Of a stretch of 41,739 nucleotides of DNA, positions 31,040 to 41,654 are shown piece by piece. Made by a program: the position numbers and the translations under genes. This stretch comes from Bacteroidales bacterium. GTDB taxonomy: Bacteria; Bacteroidota; Bacteroidia; Bacteroidales; UBA7960. The stretch spans positions 1 through 41,739 of the forward strand of contig PXAA01000066.1 in assembly GCA_003567205.1 (NCBI GenBank), read 5' to 3'. Position 1 is the first letter of the stretch; every line of letters begins with the position of its first letter. A model generated the notes under the pieces. The model did no database searches and was not told where the DNA came from. It was given only the letters and a program-made list of their open reading frames with translations.

Positions 31040-32203
31040 TCAACCCCTGCGCCTTTGGATTTCTTTTTTTATAAGAAAGAGTTCGCGGGAGGTCTGTCCG
31101 GCCACCGAGGTATTCTCCTCGGCCCGGCGGATCAAATAAGGAACCACTGTTTTCACCGGCCCGTATGGAACATACTTACATACCTGGTAACCTGCAGCCG
31201 CTAGGTTATAGGATATATGATCACTCATGCCAAGCAACTGGGCAAAAGAAATGTTCGGGTGATCATTGGGCAAAGACAGGCTGTTCATAATATCCACCGC
31301 ATTTGTGCAACTGAGCTCATTATGTGTGCCAATGCACACGGCAACATGCTTTACATTGGCCAGTACTAATGCCGTGGCTTCGTCAAAAGCCTGATCCGTA
31401 GACGCTTTATCCGGGTAAATTGGTGACGGATACCCCATCTTTCGGGCACGTGCCCTTTCTTTTTCCATATATGCCCCGCGAACCAATTTAAAAGCTGGGA
31501 AAATACCCCTTTGACGCGCCCGTTCGATAAAGTTCTGCAAATAATGCAGGCGGTCGTGACGATACATCTGTAATGTATTGAAGACAATTGGTTTTTCTGT
31601 ATTGTACCGGAACATGAGGTCTTCAACCAATGCGTCCACCATGCCCTGTATCCAGCTTTCTTCGGAATCAATCATCACGGGCACACCTTTACTTGCTCCA
31701 TAAGCACATATTTCATCAAAACGTGCTTTTACGCGGTCAAATTCTTTTTGTTCCCCTTCTGGCAATTGTCGGCCCGACTGTACTTTTTCCAATAAATCAA
31801 ACCGCGACAGGCCTGTTGGCTTAAATACCGCATTGGGGATAAACGGCTCGGAACAGGCCTTATCGATGGTGTCGAGTATCTGTCTTTTGGTATAATCAAA
31901 ATCCGCTTCTATCTCTTTTCTTTCAGCTGAATAATCCAGGATGGTCAGTACGTTGGATTGCCCGAGGCGATGAATGGTTTCATTACAGGCACTGATTGTT
32001 CCCCCCCCGCAGAAATGGTTATACACAGTTGGCTTCAGTGCCCATTTAACAGGGATACGCAACCATAAAGCAAGCTTTAAAAGCAGGGAACCAGCTTTTA
32101 CAAGTACCGGACTTCCCACCAGTCTAAACAACCAATACGCTTTTTTCAGGTTTTTTGCATCCCTGTCTTTGAATGCAATCTCCGTATTATCGAATGCAAT
32201 CAT
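31040..32203 (-). CDS. Monofunctional proline dehydrogenase
   Basis: FDNTEIAF, HFCGG, MIDSEE, NTLQMYR, KLVRGAYMEKER, GTHNE, QLLGMSD, KYVPYG...YLIRRAEEN. Confidence 0.93.
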   Translation of the reverse strand: MIAFDNTEIAFKDRDAKNLKKAYWLFRLVGSPVLVKAGSLLLKLALWLRIPVKWALKPTVYNHFCGGGTISACNETIHRLGQSNVLTILDYSAERKEIEADFDYTKRQILDTIDKACSEPFIPNAVFKPTGLSRFDLLEKVQSGRQLPEGEQKEFDRVKARFDEICAYGASKGVPVMIDSEESWIQGMVDALVEDLMFRYNTEKPIVFNTLQMYRHDRLHYLQNFIERARQRGIFPAFKLVRGAYMEKERARARKMGYPSPIYPDKASTDQAFDEATALVLANVKHVAVCIGTHNELSCTNAVDIMNSLSLPNDHPNISFAQLLGMSDHISYNLAAAGYQVCKYVPYGPVKTVVPYLIRRAEENTSVAGQTSRELFLIKKEIQRRRG

Positions 32204-33145
32204 TTAATCTGATTCGTTGTTATACTGATTATCAACCTTTCCTGCCTTAACGATCAATCCCAAAGGATCTACAAAAGGTGTTATCAGGCCCTTGTTCGAA
32301 GATGCGGCCTCCGCCGCCAGGTCTTCGGCACAAGGCACAATGGTCAGCACCGGAACATCTGTATTGTCAAGAATGCGTTCGGTCTTATTGGTGGAAAAAA
32401 TTTCCTGGATCCGGCCACCACGCTCAGCAACAATCATAATGAGGTCAGCATTGACCTGTTCTCCGAAAACAAGCAATGCCTCCGGCCAATCATAATTCGG
32501 ATTGACAATCAGGTCAGTGGTCACAGGGACATTGTTTTTCTGGAAAATGTCGTTGACGCTCTTTAACAGGGCTTCTTTATTGATGATCTTGGCCTTGTTT
32601 TCTGATGACAAAAATCCAAACACCCTGATTCTTGCACCAAAAACCTTGGAAAACCGGATGGCCTGCGTGATCTTCTGGGCGCTTCGCCTGGAAAAGTCCA
32701 CAGGGACCACAATGTTTTTAAATCCAACATGACGGTGCTTGTCTTTTACTACAAGCACAGGCACATGGGCGCGGCAAGCCACCTTGTAGGGATAGCTTCC
32801 GACGAGGTGCTGAATGCCCTTTTTCCCGTGCACCCCCATTACAATAAACGATGCACCCAGTCTGTTGGCTACTCGGTTGATGGTGTCAAACACATTCCCG
32901 TCCATGACCATATGGGTCGCCTTTAACCCTTGATCTTTGTTCAGGCGGGAGGCTATGCGAATCAGGCTTTCTTCTGCCTGTTTCTCTTTCTCTGTACCTT
33001 TTTGCCGTTTGCCAATAACATGAAGCAGGTAAATACGGTAATTGAAAATCTTTGCCAGGGCTGTGGCGTGGTTCAGGGCATAATCCGATACATCCGTAAA
33101 ATCCACGGGAACCAGGATGGCATCGCATGCCCTTATATCTTTCAT
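32204..33145 (-). CDS. Universal stress protein (tandem USP domains)
   Basis: ILVPVDFT...LHVI, IVMGVHGKKG...GS, VPVLVV, IVVPVDFS, ADLIMI, VPVLTI. ATG 33145 preferred. Confidence 0.9.
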   Translation of the reverse strand: MKDIRACDAILVPVDFTDVSDYALNHATALAKIFNYRIYLLHVIGKRQKGTEKEKQAEESLIRIASRLNKDQGLKATHMVMDGNVFDTINRVANRLGASFIVMGVHGKKGIQHLVGSYPYKVACRAHVPVLVVKDKHRHVGFKNIVVPVDFSRRSAQKITQAIRFSKVFGARIRVFGFLSSENKAKIINKEALLKSVNDIFQKNNVPVTTDLIVNPNYDWPEALLVFGEQVNADLIMIVAERGGRIQEIFSTNKTERILDNTDVPVLTIVPCAEDLAAEAASSNKGLITPFVDPLGLIVKAGKVDNQYNNESD

Positions 33146-33226
33146 TCTTGCTTGCTTAAACCCGATGTAAATATAATAAATCTTTCGGGACAAAAAGACA
33201 TAATCCAGGTGTGCACGGCATGTTTA

Positions 33227-34792
33227 TTACATACCAGATAATTCATAAAACAGGGGTGCACCCGGCCCGATCGGAACCCCTAGAATTATCCATATAATGA
33301 GCATTGCCAGCCAGGCCAGCAGGAAAACAAATGTATAGGGCAGCATGGTGGCGATTATGGTACCGATCCCTGCCTTCTTGTCATACCTTTCCATAAAAGC
33401 AACGATCATGGCAAAATACGACATCATGGGTGCGATGATGTTGGTTACACTATCGCCCACACGATAGGCCAATTGTGTAAATTCGGGTGAATATCCAAGC
33501 AACATAAACATAGGAATGAACACGGGTGCCATAAGCGCCCACTTGGCACTGGCACTACCCACCACCAGGTTGATAAATGCCGAAATCAGCACCAGGGCAA
33601 TCATTATGGGGATGCGACCCAGTTCCAGTGATCCGATAAAATTGGCGCCCTGGATGGCAAAAATCAACCCCAGATTGGTCCAGTTAAAGTAAGCCACAAA
33701 TTGCGCAGCGAAAAAGACCAGGACTATATAGGTTCCCAATGTGGACATCGACTTTCCCATGCCGTTGATCACATCATAATTGCTTTTCAGGGTTTTGGCC
33801 GCAATGCCGTAAACGATCCCCAATATGGCGGCCACAACAAAAATAATGGCCACAATGCCACTCATAAAGGGTGAACGTAACAAGTCACCTGTTTCCGGGT
33901 CACGCATAAAACCAGATCCGGGAATGGATGACCATATACCACCCTCCATGGGTACAGCACTCCAAACCAGGATCAGGGCCAGAATAACAAGGGCCAGGAA
34001 GGTGGCCCTGATACCACGCTTTTCATCGCCGGTCAGCTGTTTGATTTCCTCGGGCTTTGCCTCCCCCTTATAATCCCCAAGCCTTGGCACCACCACCTTT
34101 TCGGTAACCCATGTTCCGATAAAGGCAATAAAAAATGTGGAAACAAACATAAAATAATAATTGGCGGTGGGGTTCACATTATACAGGGGGTCAATGATGC
34201 GCGCTGCTTCCTCCGAAAGGCCGGCCAGAAGCGGGTCAATGGTCCCCAGCAGGAGGTTGGCTGAATAGCCACCGGAAACCCCGGCAAAAGCAGCGGCAAT
34301 CCCGGCAATGGGATTGCGGCCGACGGCCAGGAATATCATTCCCCCAAGGGGCACAAGAACCACGTAACCCACTTCGCTGGCTGTATTGGATAAGATGCCG
34401 GCAAATACAATGGCGAAAGTCAGCAGCTTTTTTGGTGCAGAGATAACCAATAGACGCAGGCTGGTAGACATAAGGCCACTGGATTCCGCAACACCAATAC
34501 CCAACAAAGCAACCAGAACCGTTCCCAGGGGGGCAAAGGAGGTAAAATTCACAACCATCCTGGTCATGATCATATGCAAACCCTCCCTGCTAAGCAGATT
34601 AAAGGCAGCCACCTGTTCACCGGTGCCCGGATGCACCGCCGTCACATTAAATAATGTAGCCAGGCCACTCAGAAATATGATGGCAAACGCAAAAAGGGCA
34701 AACAAAGCAGCCGGATGGGGAAGCTTGTTACCAACCCGTTCAATCGATCCGAGAATCCTGGAAACCAAATTATTACTGTTGTTGTTTTTCAT
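33227..34792 (-). CDS. AbgT family transporter (YdaH/MtrF-like)
   Basis: [61 protein letters not shown]. Confidence 0.93.
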   Translation of the reverse strand: MKNNNSNNLVSRILGSIERVGNKLPHPAALFALFAFAIIFLSGLATLFNVTAVHPGTGEQVAAFNLLSREGLHMIMTRMVVNFTSFAPLGTVLVALLGIGVAESSGLMSTSLRLLVISAPKKLLTFAIVFAGILSNTASEVGYVVLVPLGGMIFLAVGRNPIAGIAAAFAGVSGGYSANLLLGTIDPLLAGLSEEAARIIDPLYNVNPTANYYFMFVSTFFIAFIGTWVTEKVVVPRLGDYKGEAKPEEIKQLTGDEKRGIRATFLALVILALILVWSAVPMEGGIWSSIPGSGFMRDPETGDLLRSPFMSGIVAIIFVVAAILGIVYGIAAKTLKSNYDVINGMGKSMSTLGTYIVLVFFAAQFVAYFNWTNLGLIFAIQGANFIGSLELGRIPIMIALVLISAFINLVVGSASAKWALMAPVFIPMFMLLGYSPEFTQLAYRVGDSVTNIIAPMMSYFAMIVAFMERYDKKAGIGTIIATMLPYTFVFLLAWLAMLIIWIILGVPIGPGAPLFYELSGM

Positions 34793-34880
34793 AAAGAATT
34801 TCAATTATCATGTAAAAACGAAGCCAAAAATAAGGAAATTCGTTGAACCCGGAAAACAGCGCAGGGGATCTTACCGGCCA

Positions 34881-35855
34881 TTATTTAGAAGTATCCGGAA
34901 TATACAGGCGGCCCTGATGGGTATCTAAAACCTTCATTTTTTCCTCAACCTTCCGGACAACTGCTTCAGACCGGATCATACCCCAACGCTTTCCGGCTAT
35001 CAGTCGTGGGGGTATTTCACCGGAAAAACGGTCAATGGCAATGTCAGGTCTTAATCGTTCCACAAATGACACCACAAAATCTACGTACTCATCCAGTTCA
35101 AAAAGTGCAAAATCACCCGGGTTTTGTTCATATTCGAGGGCCATGGGCGTATCTTTAACAATCTGCAACTGATGGAATTTAACGGCCTGAACCGGTAAAC
35201 GGTTGATCATATCTGCCTGAGCAAGCATTTGGGTGCGGTTTTCGCCGGGGAGACCAAATATCAAATGAATACCTGTGAACAGCTTTCTTTTGGCTGTCAT
35301 GGCAATGGCATCCTGGGATTCGCGGAATGTATGTCCCCGGTTGATCCGTTTCAGACTATTGTCATAACATGACTCCAGCCCGTATTCAATTTTAATAAAA
35401 TATTGTTTTGCAAGCCGGGCCAGGTAATCGAGTTTTTCCTCATCCACGCAGTCGGGCCTTGTACCGATTACCAGACCGGAAATCGCTGGGTGCTGCAAGG
35501 CCTCATCATATATTTCTTTCAACCGGGCCAGGGGGGCATGCGTGTTGGAATAAGCCTGAAAGTATGCTACAAAACGGGTTGCACGCGGATAGCGCTTCCT
35601 GATAAAAGACAAACCTTCTTCTATCTGAAGGTAAATAGGCTTTGACGGATCGCAGTAAGAAGGGTTAAACCCCTCATTATTGCAAAATGTGCAACCTCCT
35701 GTGGCCACGGTGCCATCTCTGTTCGGACAACTGAAGCCGACATTGATGGTAAGCTTCTGCAACCTCGTGCCATATTGTTGACGAAGGCTGTCCGACAATG
35801 AATGGAAATGACGTTTGTTGCCCCACGGATACATACGTTTTGATTTTATCATCAT
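34881..35855 (-). CDS. TIGR01212 (YhcC-like) radical SAM protein
   Basis: GFSCPNRDG...GGCTFC, YFQAYSNT, IGTRPDC, INRGH, HLIFGLPGE, KFHQL. Confidence 0.92.
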   Translation of the reverse strand: MMIKSKRMYPWGNKRHFHSLSDSLRQQYGTRLQKLTINVGFSCPNRDGTVATGGCTFCNNEGFNPSYCDPSKPIYLQIEEGLSFIRKRYPRATRFVAYFQAYSNTHAPLARLKEIYDEALQHPAISGLVIGTRPDCVDEEKLDYLARLAKQYFIKIEYGLESCYDNSLKRINRGHTFRESQDAIAMTAKRKLFTGIHLIFGLPGENRTQMLAQADMINRLPVQAVKFHQLQIVKDTPMALEYEQNPGDFALFELDEYVDFVVSFVERLRPDIAIDRFSGEIPPRLIAGKRWGMIRSEAVVRKVEEKMKVLDTHQGRLYIPDTSK

Positions 35856-36011
35856 GAGCCCTTGGGCGAAGAACCGGGCATTTTCGAGCTTACCAAAGGT
35901 AATCTCGAATCCCGGATTTCAGACTTGCAAATTTAAACATATTTAGGTATTCATAAGAGACTTGCGCACAAAGTCTTAGGGGCGCAATTTTGCCCTTAAC
36001 GTAATATTTCC

Positions 36012-36019
36012 TATCTTTG
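36012..36019 (+). promoter_or_regulatory. -7 element (TATCTTTG) of the SSS operon
   Basis: TAnnTTTG 27 nt before ATG 36047. A divergent TAAATTTG at 35928-35935 (-) faces the radical SAM gene. Confidence 0.65.
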
Positions 36020-36046
36020 CCGTATAAAAATCCACTTTACAATCAA

Positions 36047-37489
36047 ATGCATTTTTTGGACATTCTGGTATTCACCTTATACATGATGGGGGTGATCGGT
36101 ATCGGCATTTACTTCCTTATCCATAATAAGGGGGTTGACGACTATTATGTGGGTGGCAGAAAAATCGGGAGCGTACACATTGGCCTGTCGGTTGTTGCCA
36201 CGGATGTTGGCGGCGGGTTTTCCATCGGGTTGGGGGGGCTTGGTTTTATCATGGGACTGGCCGGGTCGTGGATGTTGTTTACGGGTCTGGTTGGTGCCTG
36301 GCTGAGCGCTGTATTGCTCATACCCCGGGTTAAGCATTTAGAAAAAACAAAGACGTTTTACACATTCCCACAGTTTCTGGGCAGTTTTTACAGTCCCAAT
36401 GTGGCCATGCTGGCAGGCATCATATCTGCCATAGGCTATCTGGGTTTTACCAGTTCACAGATACTGGCAGGTGCCATCCTTGCAGAAGCCACTTTTACCC
36501 CGCTTCTGGAAAGGCAAACAGCCTTGATTATCATGGGCATCATTGTGATCGTTTACACGGCTATGGGAGGGATCAAAGCGGTGATATATACAGATACCAT
36601 TCAGTGGATTATTCTGATGTCAGGACTTGTTTTTATCGGGATCCCTATTGCATTTTACAGTGTGGGCGGAATGGATGGCATCAGGGAAGTATTGCCCCCG
36701 GAATATTTCAGCCTGGCAAATATTTCGTGGCAACAAATGCTTAACTGGGCCGTCACCATCATCCCAATATGGTTTGTGGGAATGACACTTTATCAGCGCA
36801 TCTATGCCTCGCGCGACAGAAAGCAGGCCCAGAAGGCGTGGTATATAGCCGGATTGTTTGAGTGGCCCGTGATGGCATTCATGGGGGTATTGCTGGGACT
36901 GTTTGCGCGTGTGGCAATCGCCCAGGGAATGTTTGAATACATTGGCTTTACAGAAACTTCCGATATTGATGCGGAGCAAGGCCTGCCATTACTGCTGCGC
37001 ACCGTTTTGCCTGTCGGATTAATGGGGTTGATGATGGCTGCCTATTTCTCTGCCATCATGTCGACCGCCGACAGCTGCCTTATGGCGTCCAGCGGAAACT
37101 TCCTGATCGATATTCTAGCCAGGTGGTTTAAGGTGCCTGAAGGAAGAAAGGCATTCCTGCTGGTTAGCCAGGGACTTACACTGATTCTCGGGGTCATTGC
37201 GCTGATGCTGGCCTCGGTGATGCCGAGCGTACTGGAGCTCATGCTCCACTCTTACGCTTTTATGGTATCCGGGTTGTTTATACCCGTTATCGGGGCACTG
37301 TTTTTAAAAAATGCACGCCCTGCTGCTGCCTTTTGGTCAATGCTCCTGGGCGGCGGCACCACCATAACCCTGATCATAGGCGAATGGGGGCTTCCCCTGG
37401 ACCTCGATCCAAACATATTTGGCATATCATTGTCCCTTATCTCATTTATTATCATTAACTTCATCATCAATAAAAAAAGAAAAAAATAA
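36047..37489 (+). CDS. Sodium:solute symporter family protein (PutP/PanF-like)
   Basis: About 13 TM helices, DYYVGGR, YTAMGGIKAVIYTDTIQ, YQRIYAS, SAIMSTADS. Confidence 0.9.
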   Translation: MHFLDILVFTLYMMGVIGIGIYFLIHNKGVDDYYVGGRKIGSVHIGLSVVATDVGGGFSIGLGGLGFIMGLAGSWMLFTGLVGAWLSAVLLIPRVKHLEKTKTFYTFPQFLGSFYSPNVAMLAGIISAIGYLGFTSSQILAGAILAEATFTPLLERQTALIIMGIIVIVYTAMGGIKAVIYTDTIQWIILMSGLVFIGIPIAFYSVGGMDGIREVLPPEYFSLANISWQQMLNWAVTIIPIWFVGMTLYQRIYASRDRKQAQKAWYIAGLFEWPVMAFMGVLLGLFARVAIAQGMFEYIGFTETSDIDAEQGLPLLLRTVLPVGLMGLMMAAYFSAIMSTADSCLMASSGNFLIDILARWFKVPEGRKAFLLVSQGLTLILGVIALMLASVMPSVLELMLHSYAFMVSGLFIPVIGALFLKNARPAAAFWSMLLGGGTTITLIIGEWGLPLDLDPNIFGISLSLISFIIINFIINKKRKK

Positions 37490-37926
37490 TGGGTTACACA
37501 TTTTTCACTCCAAAAGACAAGGTTTCGGAAGAAACAAAAAAAGAGATCGCTGACTTTTTGTTTGAACATCTCGATCAGTTTGGCGATGAACACAAGTACA
37601 TCATAAAATGCATTAACTTTGCCCTTGACGATAAGAAAAAGTTTGGCGGTTTCATACTTGTATCAAGGGAAGAAGGCAAGATTACCGGTGCGGTGATTAT
37701 CAATAAAACCGGTATGGGTGGCTATATTCCCGAGAACATCCTGGTTTATATTGCCGTTCACAAAGATTGCCGGGGCAAGGGGCTTGGCAAAGAATTGATG
37801 ATTAAAACATTCGATCAGGCCGAAGGAGACATCAAACTGCATGTTGAACCTGAGAATCCTGCCCGTTTTCTTTACGAAAAACTTGGATTTACAAGTAAAT
37901 ACCTGGAAATGCGGTGGACCCGCTAA
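37489..37926 (+). CDS. GNAT family N-acetyltransferase
   Basis: YIAVHKDCRGKGLGKELM (motif A) and NPARFLYEKLGF (motif B). TAATG overlap with the symporter. Confidence 0.9.
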   Translation: MGYTFFTPKDKVSEETKKEIADFLFEHLDQFGDEHKYIIKCINFALDDKKKFGGFILVSREEGKITGAVIINKTGMGGYIPENILVYIAVHKDCRGKGLGKELMIKTFDQAEGDIKLHVEPENPARFLYEKLGFTSKYLEMRWTR

Positions 37927-37936
37927 ATAAATAATC

Positions 37937-39010
37937 ATGGCAGAAATTGCAATCAGCCGCAAGAAGCTGACGCACAATTACAACTACCTGGAAAGGTTGT
38001 TCAACAAACACAACATCCAGTGGGGGATTGTAACCAAGCTTCTATGCGGCAACCCAATGTACATCAAAGAAATTATTAAACTGGGGGCCAGGGAGTTAAT
38101 GGACTCGAGGATTTCCAACCTTCGCACAATCAAACGCATTGACCCGGGGGTAAAGACCATTTATATCAAACCCCCGCCAATACGCAGCATTAGGAGCATA
38201 GTCAAATACGCTGATGTGAGTATGAACTCCGACCTGGAGACCATGAAGCTGATCTCGCGTGAAGCCCAGAAGCAAGATAAAGTCCATCAGGTTATCATCA
38301 TGGTGGAGATGGGTGAATTGCGCGAGGGGGTGCTGGGCGAGAAACTCGTTGATTTCTATTCCAGGGTTTTTGAGCTGCCCAACATTAAAATACTTGGGTT
38401 TGGCACCAACCTGAACTGCCTTTACGGTGTAATGCCCTCGCGCGACAAGCTGATCCAACTCAGCCTTTATAAACAAATTGTGGAGGTTAAATTCAACCGC
38501 AAGGTCAATTTACTCTCGGGGGGAACCTCTGTCACCATCCCCATGCTGGCAAAAAAACAAGTGCCCCCGGGATTGAATCATTTTCGTGTAGGGGAAACCC
38601 TTTATTTTGGGGCCAACTTATTTACCGGTAAAACAATCAAGGGGATGAAAGACGACGTCATCACCTTCAAAGCCGAAATCATAGAGCTGCTCGAAAAACC
38701 CATAATTCCCGAAGGCAATCTGGCAGAAAATCCGTCGGGCGAATCTTTTGAGATAAACGATGCAAATTACGGAAAAACATCCTGGCGGGCATTGCTGGAT
38801 GTCGGACTTTTGGACATAGGCCCCGACTTTTTGATCCCAAACGATAAAAATGTAGAAATGGCCGGTGCCAGCTCCGATATCCTGGTGATCGATCTCGGTA
38901 AAAACCCAAAAAAATACAAAGTGGGCGATTTTATCAAGTTTAAGCTCAAATATATGGGGGCACTTCGCTTGTTTAACTCAGACTATGTGATCAAAAAGCT
39001 TGAAGACTAA
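37937..39010 (+). CDS. PLP fold-III amino-acid racemase, ornithine racemase (Orr)/YhfX-like
   Basis: GIVTK(PLP)LLCG, MDSR, MVEMGELREGV, GTNLNCLYG, SGGTS, HFRVGE, GASSD. Confidence 0.82.
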   Translation: MAEIAISRKKLTHNYNYLERLFNKHNIQWGIVTKLLCGNPMYIKEIIKLGARELMDSRISNLRTIKRIDPGVKTIYIKPPPIRSIRSIVKYADVSMNSDLETMKLISREAQKQDKVHQVIIMVEMGELREGVLGEKLVDFYSRVFELPNIKILGFGTNLNCLYGVMPSRDKLIQLSLYKQIVEVKFNRKVNLLSGGTSVTIPMLAKKQVPPGLNHFRVGETLYFGANLFTGKTIKGMKDDVITFKAEIIELLEKPIIPEGNLAENPSGESFEINDANYGKTSWRALLDVGLLDIGPDFLIPNDKNVEMAGASSDILVIDLGKNPKKYKVGDFIKFKLKYMGALRLFNSDYVIKKLED

Positions 39011-39481
39011 TTAGCGGATGCGGTCGGCCGACCGTACCATTTCTTCATCTTTCTTGATGGCTCTGTTGGCTAATAAAACAAATATCAGGGAAATTATCGG
39101 GAAGAAAATTCCCGGACCGTAGGAAAACCCGGCATCGTGCACCTGGTTGCGCAGATTGTCTGTCAGAAAAAATGCCACCAAAATCATGGCCGCATGCACC
39201 AGCATATTGTATTTGCCCAGCCGGATCTGAAAAAGACGATCCTTGTACTGAAAGCTGGTATAAATGGTTAAAAATACGCCCAGAGCAAATAATCCCAGTA
39301 AAAGAAGTGCTATCCAGTGACCGGACAGATCGCCCAGGGCGTCATAAAATATGTTGTATTTCGATAGACGAAACGGAATTTCAGGTGCTTCCGCAGGAAA
39401 GTACGCCAGGGGAAGCATGACAAACAGGATGGCAAAAACAAAGACCAGAAACAAATAAATGCTTTGTATACGTTGTAGCAT
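39011..39481 (-). CDS. DUF4293 family membrane protein
   Basis: MLQRIQSIYL, YKDRLFQ, LANRAIKKDEEMVRSADRIR. Four TM helices. Confidence 0.88.
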   Translation of the reverse strand: MLQRIQSIYLFLVFVFAILFVMLPLAYFPAEAPEIPFRLSKYNIFYDALGDLSGHWIALLLLGLFALGVFLTIYTSFQYKDRLFQIRLGKYNMLVHAAMILVAFFLTDNLRNQVHDAGFSYGPGIFFPIISLIFVLLANRAIKKDEEMVRSADRIR

Positions 39482-39598
39482 GATTTTTAATCATTGGTTT
39501 ACAATATTATTTTCAAAAGTACGTAAAAAAGCTGTAAACAAATACGGTAGAACGGATAGCTTTTATGAAAAAAATTTTTTTGTTTAAACAGGAATCTT

Positions 39599-39606
39599 TA
39601 TATTTG
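39599..39606 (+). promoter_or_regulatory. -7 element (TATATTTG) of rho
   Basis: TAnnTTTG about 206 nt before the ATG. A divergent TACTTTTG at 39514-39521 (-) faces DUF4293. Confidence 0.65.
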
Positions 39607-39812
39607 CACCAATTCCTGCTTATTCAATATTTTTCTTTGACAAACATACCTGTACTATACTGTTTCATTCAATAGCATTCATTGTTGGTGCTTTGGCAAG
39701 TTCATTCCCGCCGATCGCCCGAAAGCAGGCTTAAAGTGCCTCTCATTCATAATGCAATGGCACGGTTAATCATTAAATAATTTTATTTCAGACCCAAATT
39801 ACCTATTATCCC

Positions 39813-41654
39813 ATGTACGACATCGTAGAATTGAACAACAAGCTTCTTGCCGAGTTAAAAGACATTGCCAGGGGCTTAGGCATCAAAAAAGTAGATTCAT
39901 ATAAAAAGCAAGACCTTATTTATAAGGTTCTTGACGCCCAGGCTTTGAACCCGTCTCCTTCTCCTGCCAAAGAGAGCAGGCCAGAGCAGAAATCCGGCCG
40001 CAGGCCGGGGCGTCCGCGCAAGCGGATCCCTGCCGGAAGTTCTTCCGAGCATAAGGCAATCGAAAAAACAGAAAGCACCCATAAACCTGAAGAGGTTAAG
40101 GCACCACAAATGAGTAAGCCGCCGCAGAAAGAGCAAAGACCATCCCAAAAGGAAGACAAAACCAGGGAAAAGGAAATAACCAAAAAGAGGGGGCGCCGAA
40201 GCAAAAAGGAACAACGTCCGGCTGCTGATTCCAGAGAAGGAACAGATCATCAAAAACAAGTGAAACAAGAGAAAAAGGCAAACCAGCAGGATGAAGTGGT
40301 TGTCCGTGGCAAAGACCAGGACAAGGTCAAAAAACAGCACTTTTCTGAAAAGCAGGAGCGTTTGCAGCACAGGCCGGGCATGACAGATCACCAGGAAAGG
40401 ACAGAGGGTGTCATAACGGAAGATCTGCCAAAAGATAAGGCAGCAGATCAACCGGCCAAAAGCAAGGACAAGGAAAGAGAGCCATATCAGCGGCCCAAAG
40501 GTTTTGACAAGCGTACAGGGGAACCCGTATATGAGTTTGACGGCATCATTGTTGCTGAGGGGGTGATCGAGATCATGCCCGACGGCTATGGGTTTCTGAG
40601 ATCTTCTGATTATAATTACCTGAATTCCCCGGACGACATTTATGTTTCACAAAGTCAGATCAAGTTATTCGGCCTGAAAACCGGCGACACCGTCAAAGGA
40701 GGCATCCGTCCACCCAAGGAAAATGAAAAGTACTTTCCGCTGATCAAAGTGGAACAGATCAACGGCCGCATCCCTGCTGAGGTTCGCGACAGGGTACCTT
40801 TTGACTTCCTTACCCCGCTCTTCCCTGATGAAAAGTTTCAGATCACCGGTCACAAAGGGGAAACCTTGTCAACACGTATCATAGATATGTTTGCCCCCCT
40901 TGGCAAAGGCCAGCGCGGATTAATCGTGGCACAGCCGAAAACTGGAAAAACAATCCTGCTGCAGGAAATCGCCAATGCCATTGCGGCAAACCATCCTGAA
41001 GTGTACCTGATCGTGCTGCTCATTGATGAAAGGCCCGAGGAGGTAACAGAAATGGCACGCAATGTAAGGGGTGAAGTGATTTCATCCACATTTGATGAAC
41101 CGGCAGAGCGCCATGTGAAGGTGTCCAATATTGTACTGGAAAAAGCCAAACGCATGGTGGAATGCGGACATGATGTGGTAATCCTGCTTGATAGTATTAC
41201 CCGCCTTGCAAGGGCATTCAACACCGTATCACCCGCCTCCGGTAAGGTGTTGTCAGGTGGTGTGGATGCCAACGCCCTGCACAAACCCAAACGCTTCTTT
41301 GGTGCAGCCCGCAATATCGAAAACGGGGGGTCTCTTTCTATTATTGCCACCGCCCTTATAGATACAGGCTCAAAGATGGACGAAGTGATCTTTGAAGAAT
41401 TTAAAGGAACGGGCAACATGGAACTTCAGCTCGACCGCAAGTTGTCAAACAAACGCATATTCCCCTCCATCGACATTGTGGCCTCCGGCACACGCCGCGA
41501 AGACCTGCTGCTACACAAAGACATCATGAACAGGGTCTGGGTGCTGCGTAAGTTTATTGCCGACATGACCTCACTTGAAGCCATGGAATTTTTGATGGAC
41601 AGGATTAAGCATACCCGCGACAACGAAGAATTCCTGATGTCTATGAATGGTTAA
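39813..41654 (+). CDS. rho: Transcription termination factor Rho with a large N-terminal insertion
   Basis: Rho_N ([10 protein letters not shown]), [66 protein letters not shown]. Confidence 0.98.
   Translation: MYDIVELNNKLLAELKDIARGLGIKKVDSYKKQDLIYKVLDAQALNPSPSPAKESRPEQKSGRRPGRPRKRIPAGSSSEHKAIEKTESTHKPEEVKAPQMSKPPQKEQRPSQKEDKTREKEITKKRGRRSKKEQRPAADSREGTDHQKQVKQEKKANQQDEVVVRGKDQDKVKKQHFSEKQERLQHRPGMTDHQERTEGVITEDLPKDKAADQPAKSKDKEREPYQRPKGFDKRTGEPVYEFDGIIVAEGVIEIMPDGYGFLRSSDYNYLNSPDDIYVSQSQIKLFGLKTGDTVKGGIRPPKENEKYFPLIKVEQINGRIPAEVRDRVPFDFLTPLFPDEKFQITGHKGETLSTRIIDMFAPLGKGQRGLIVAQPKTGKTILLQEIANAIAANHPEVYLIVLLIDERPEEVTEMARNVRGEVISSTFDEPAERHVKVSNIVLEKAKRMVECGHDVVILLDSITRLARAFNTVSPASGKVLSGGVDANALHKPKRFFGAARNIENGGSLSIIATALIDTGSKMDEVIFEEFKGTGNMELQLDRKLSNKRIFPSIDIVASGTRREDLLLHKDIMNRVWVLRKFIADMTSLEAMEFLMDRIKHTRDNEEFLMSMNG

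Noticed and set aside
39758-39773. TGGCACG in the rho leader as a sigma54 promoter
   Set aside because: The -12 position reads ATCA, a poor match.
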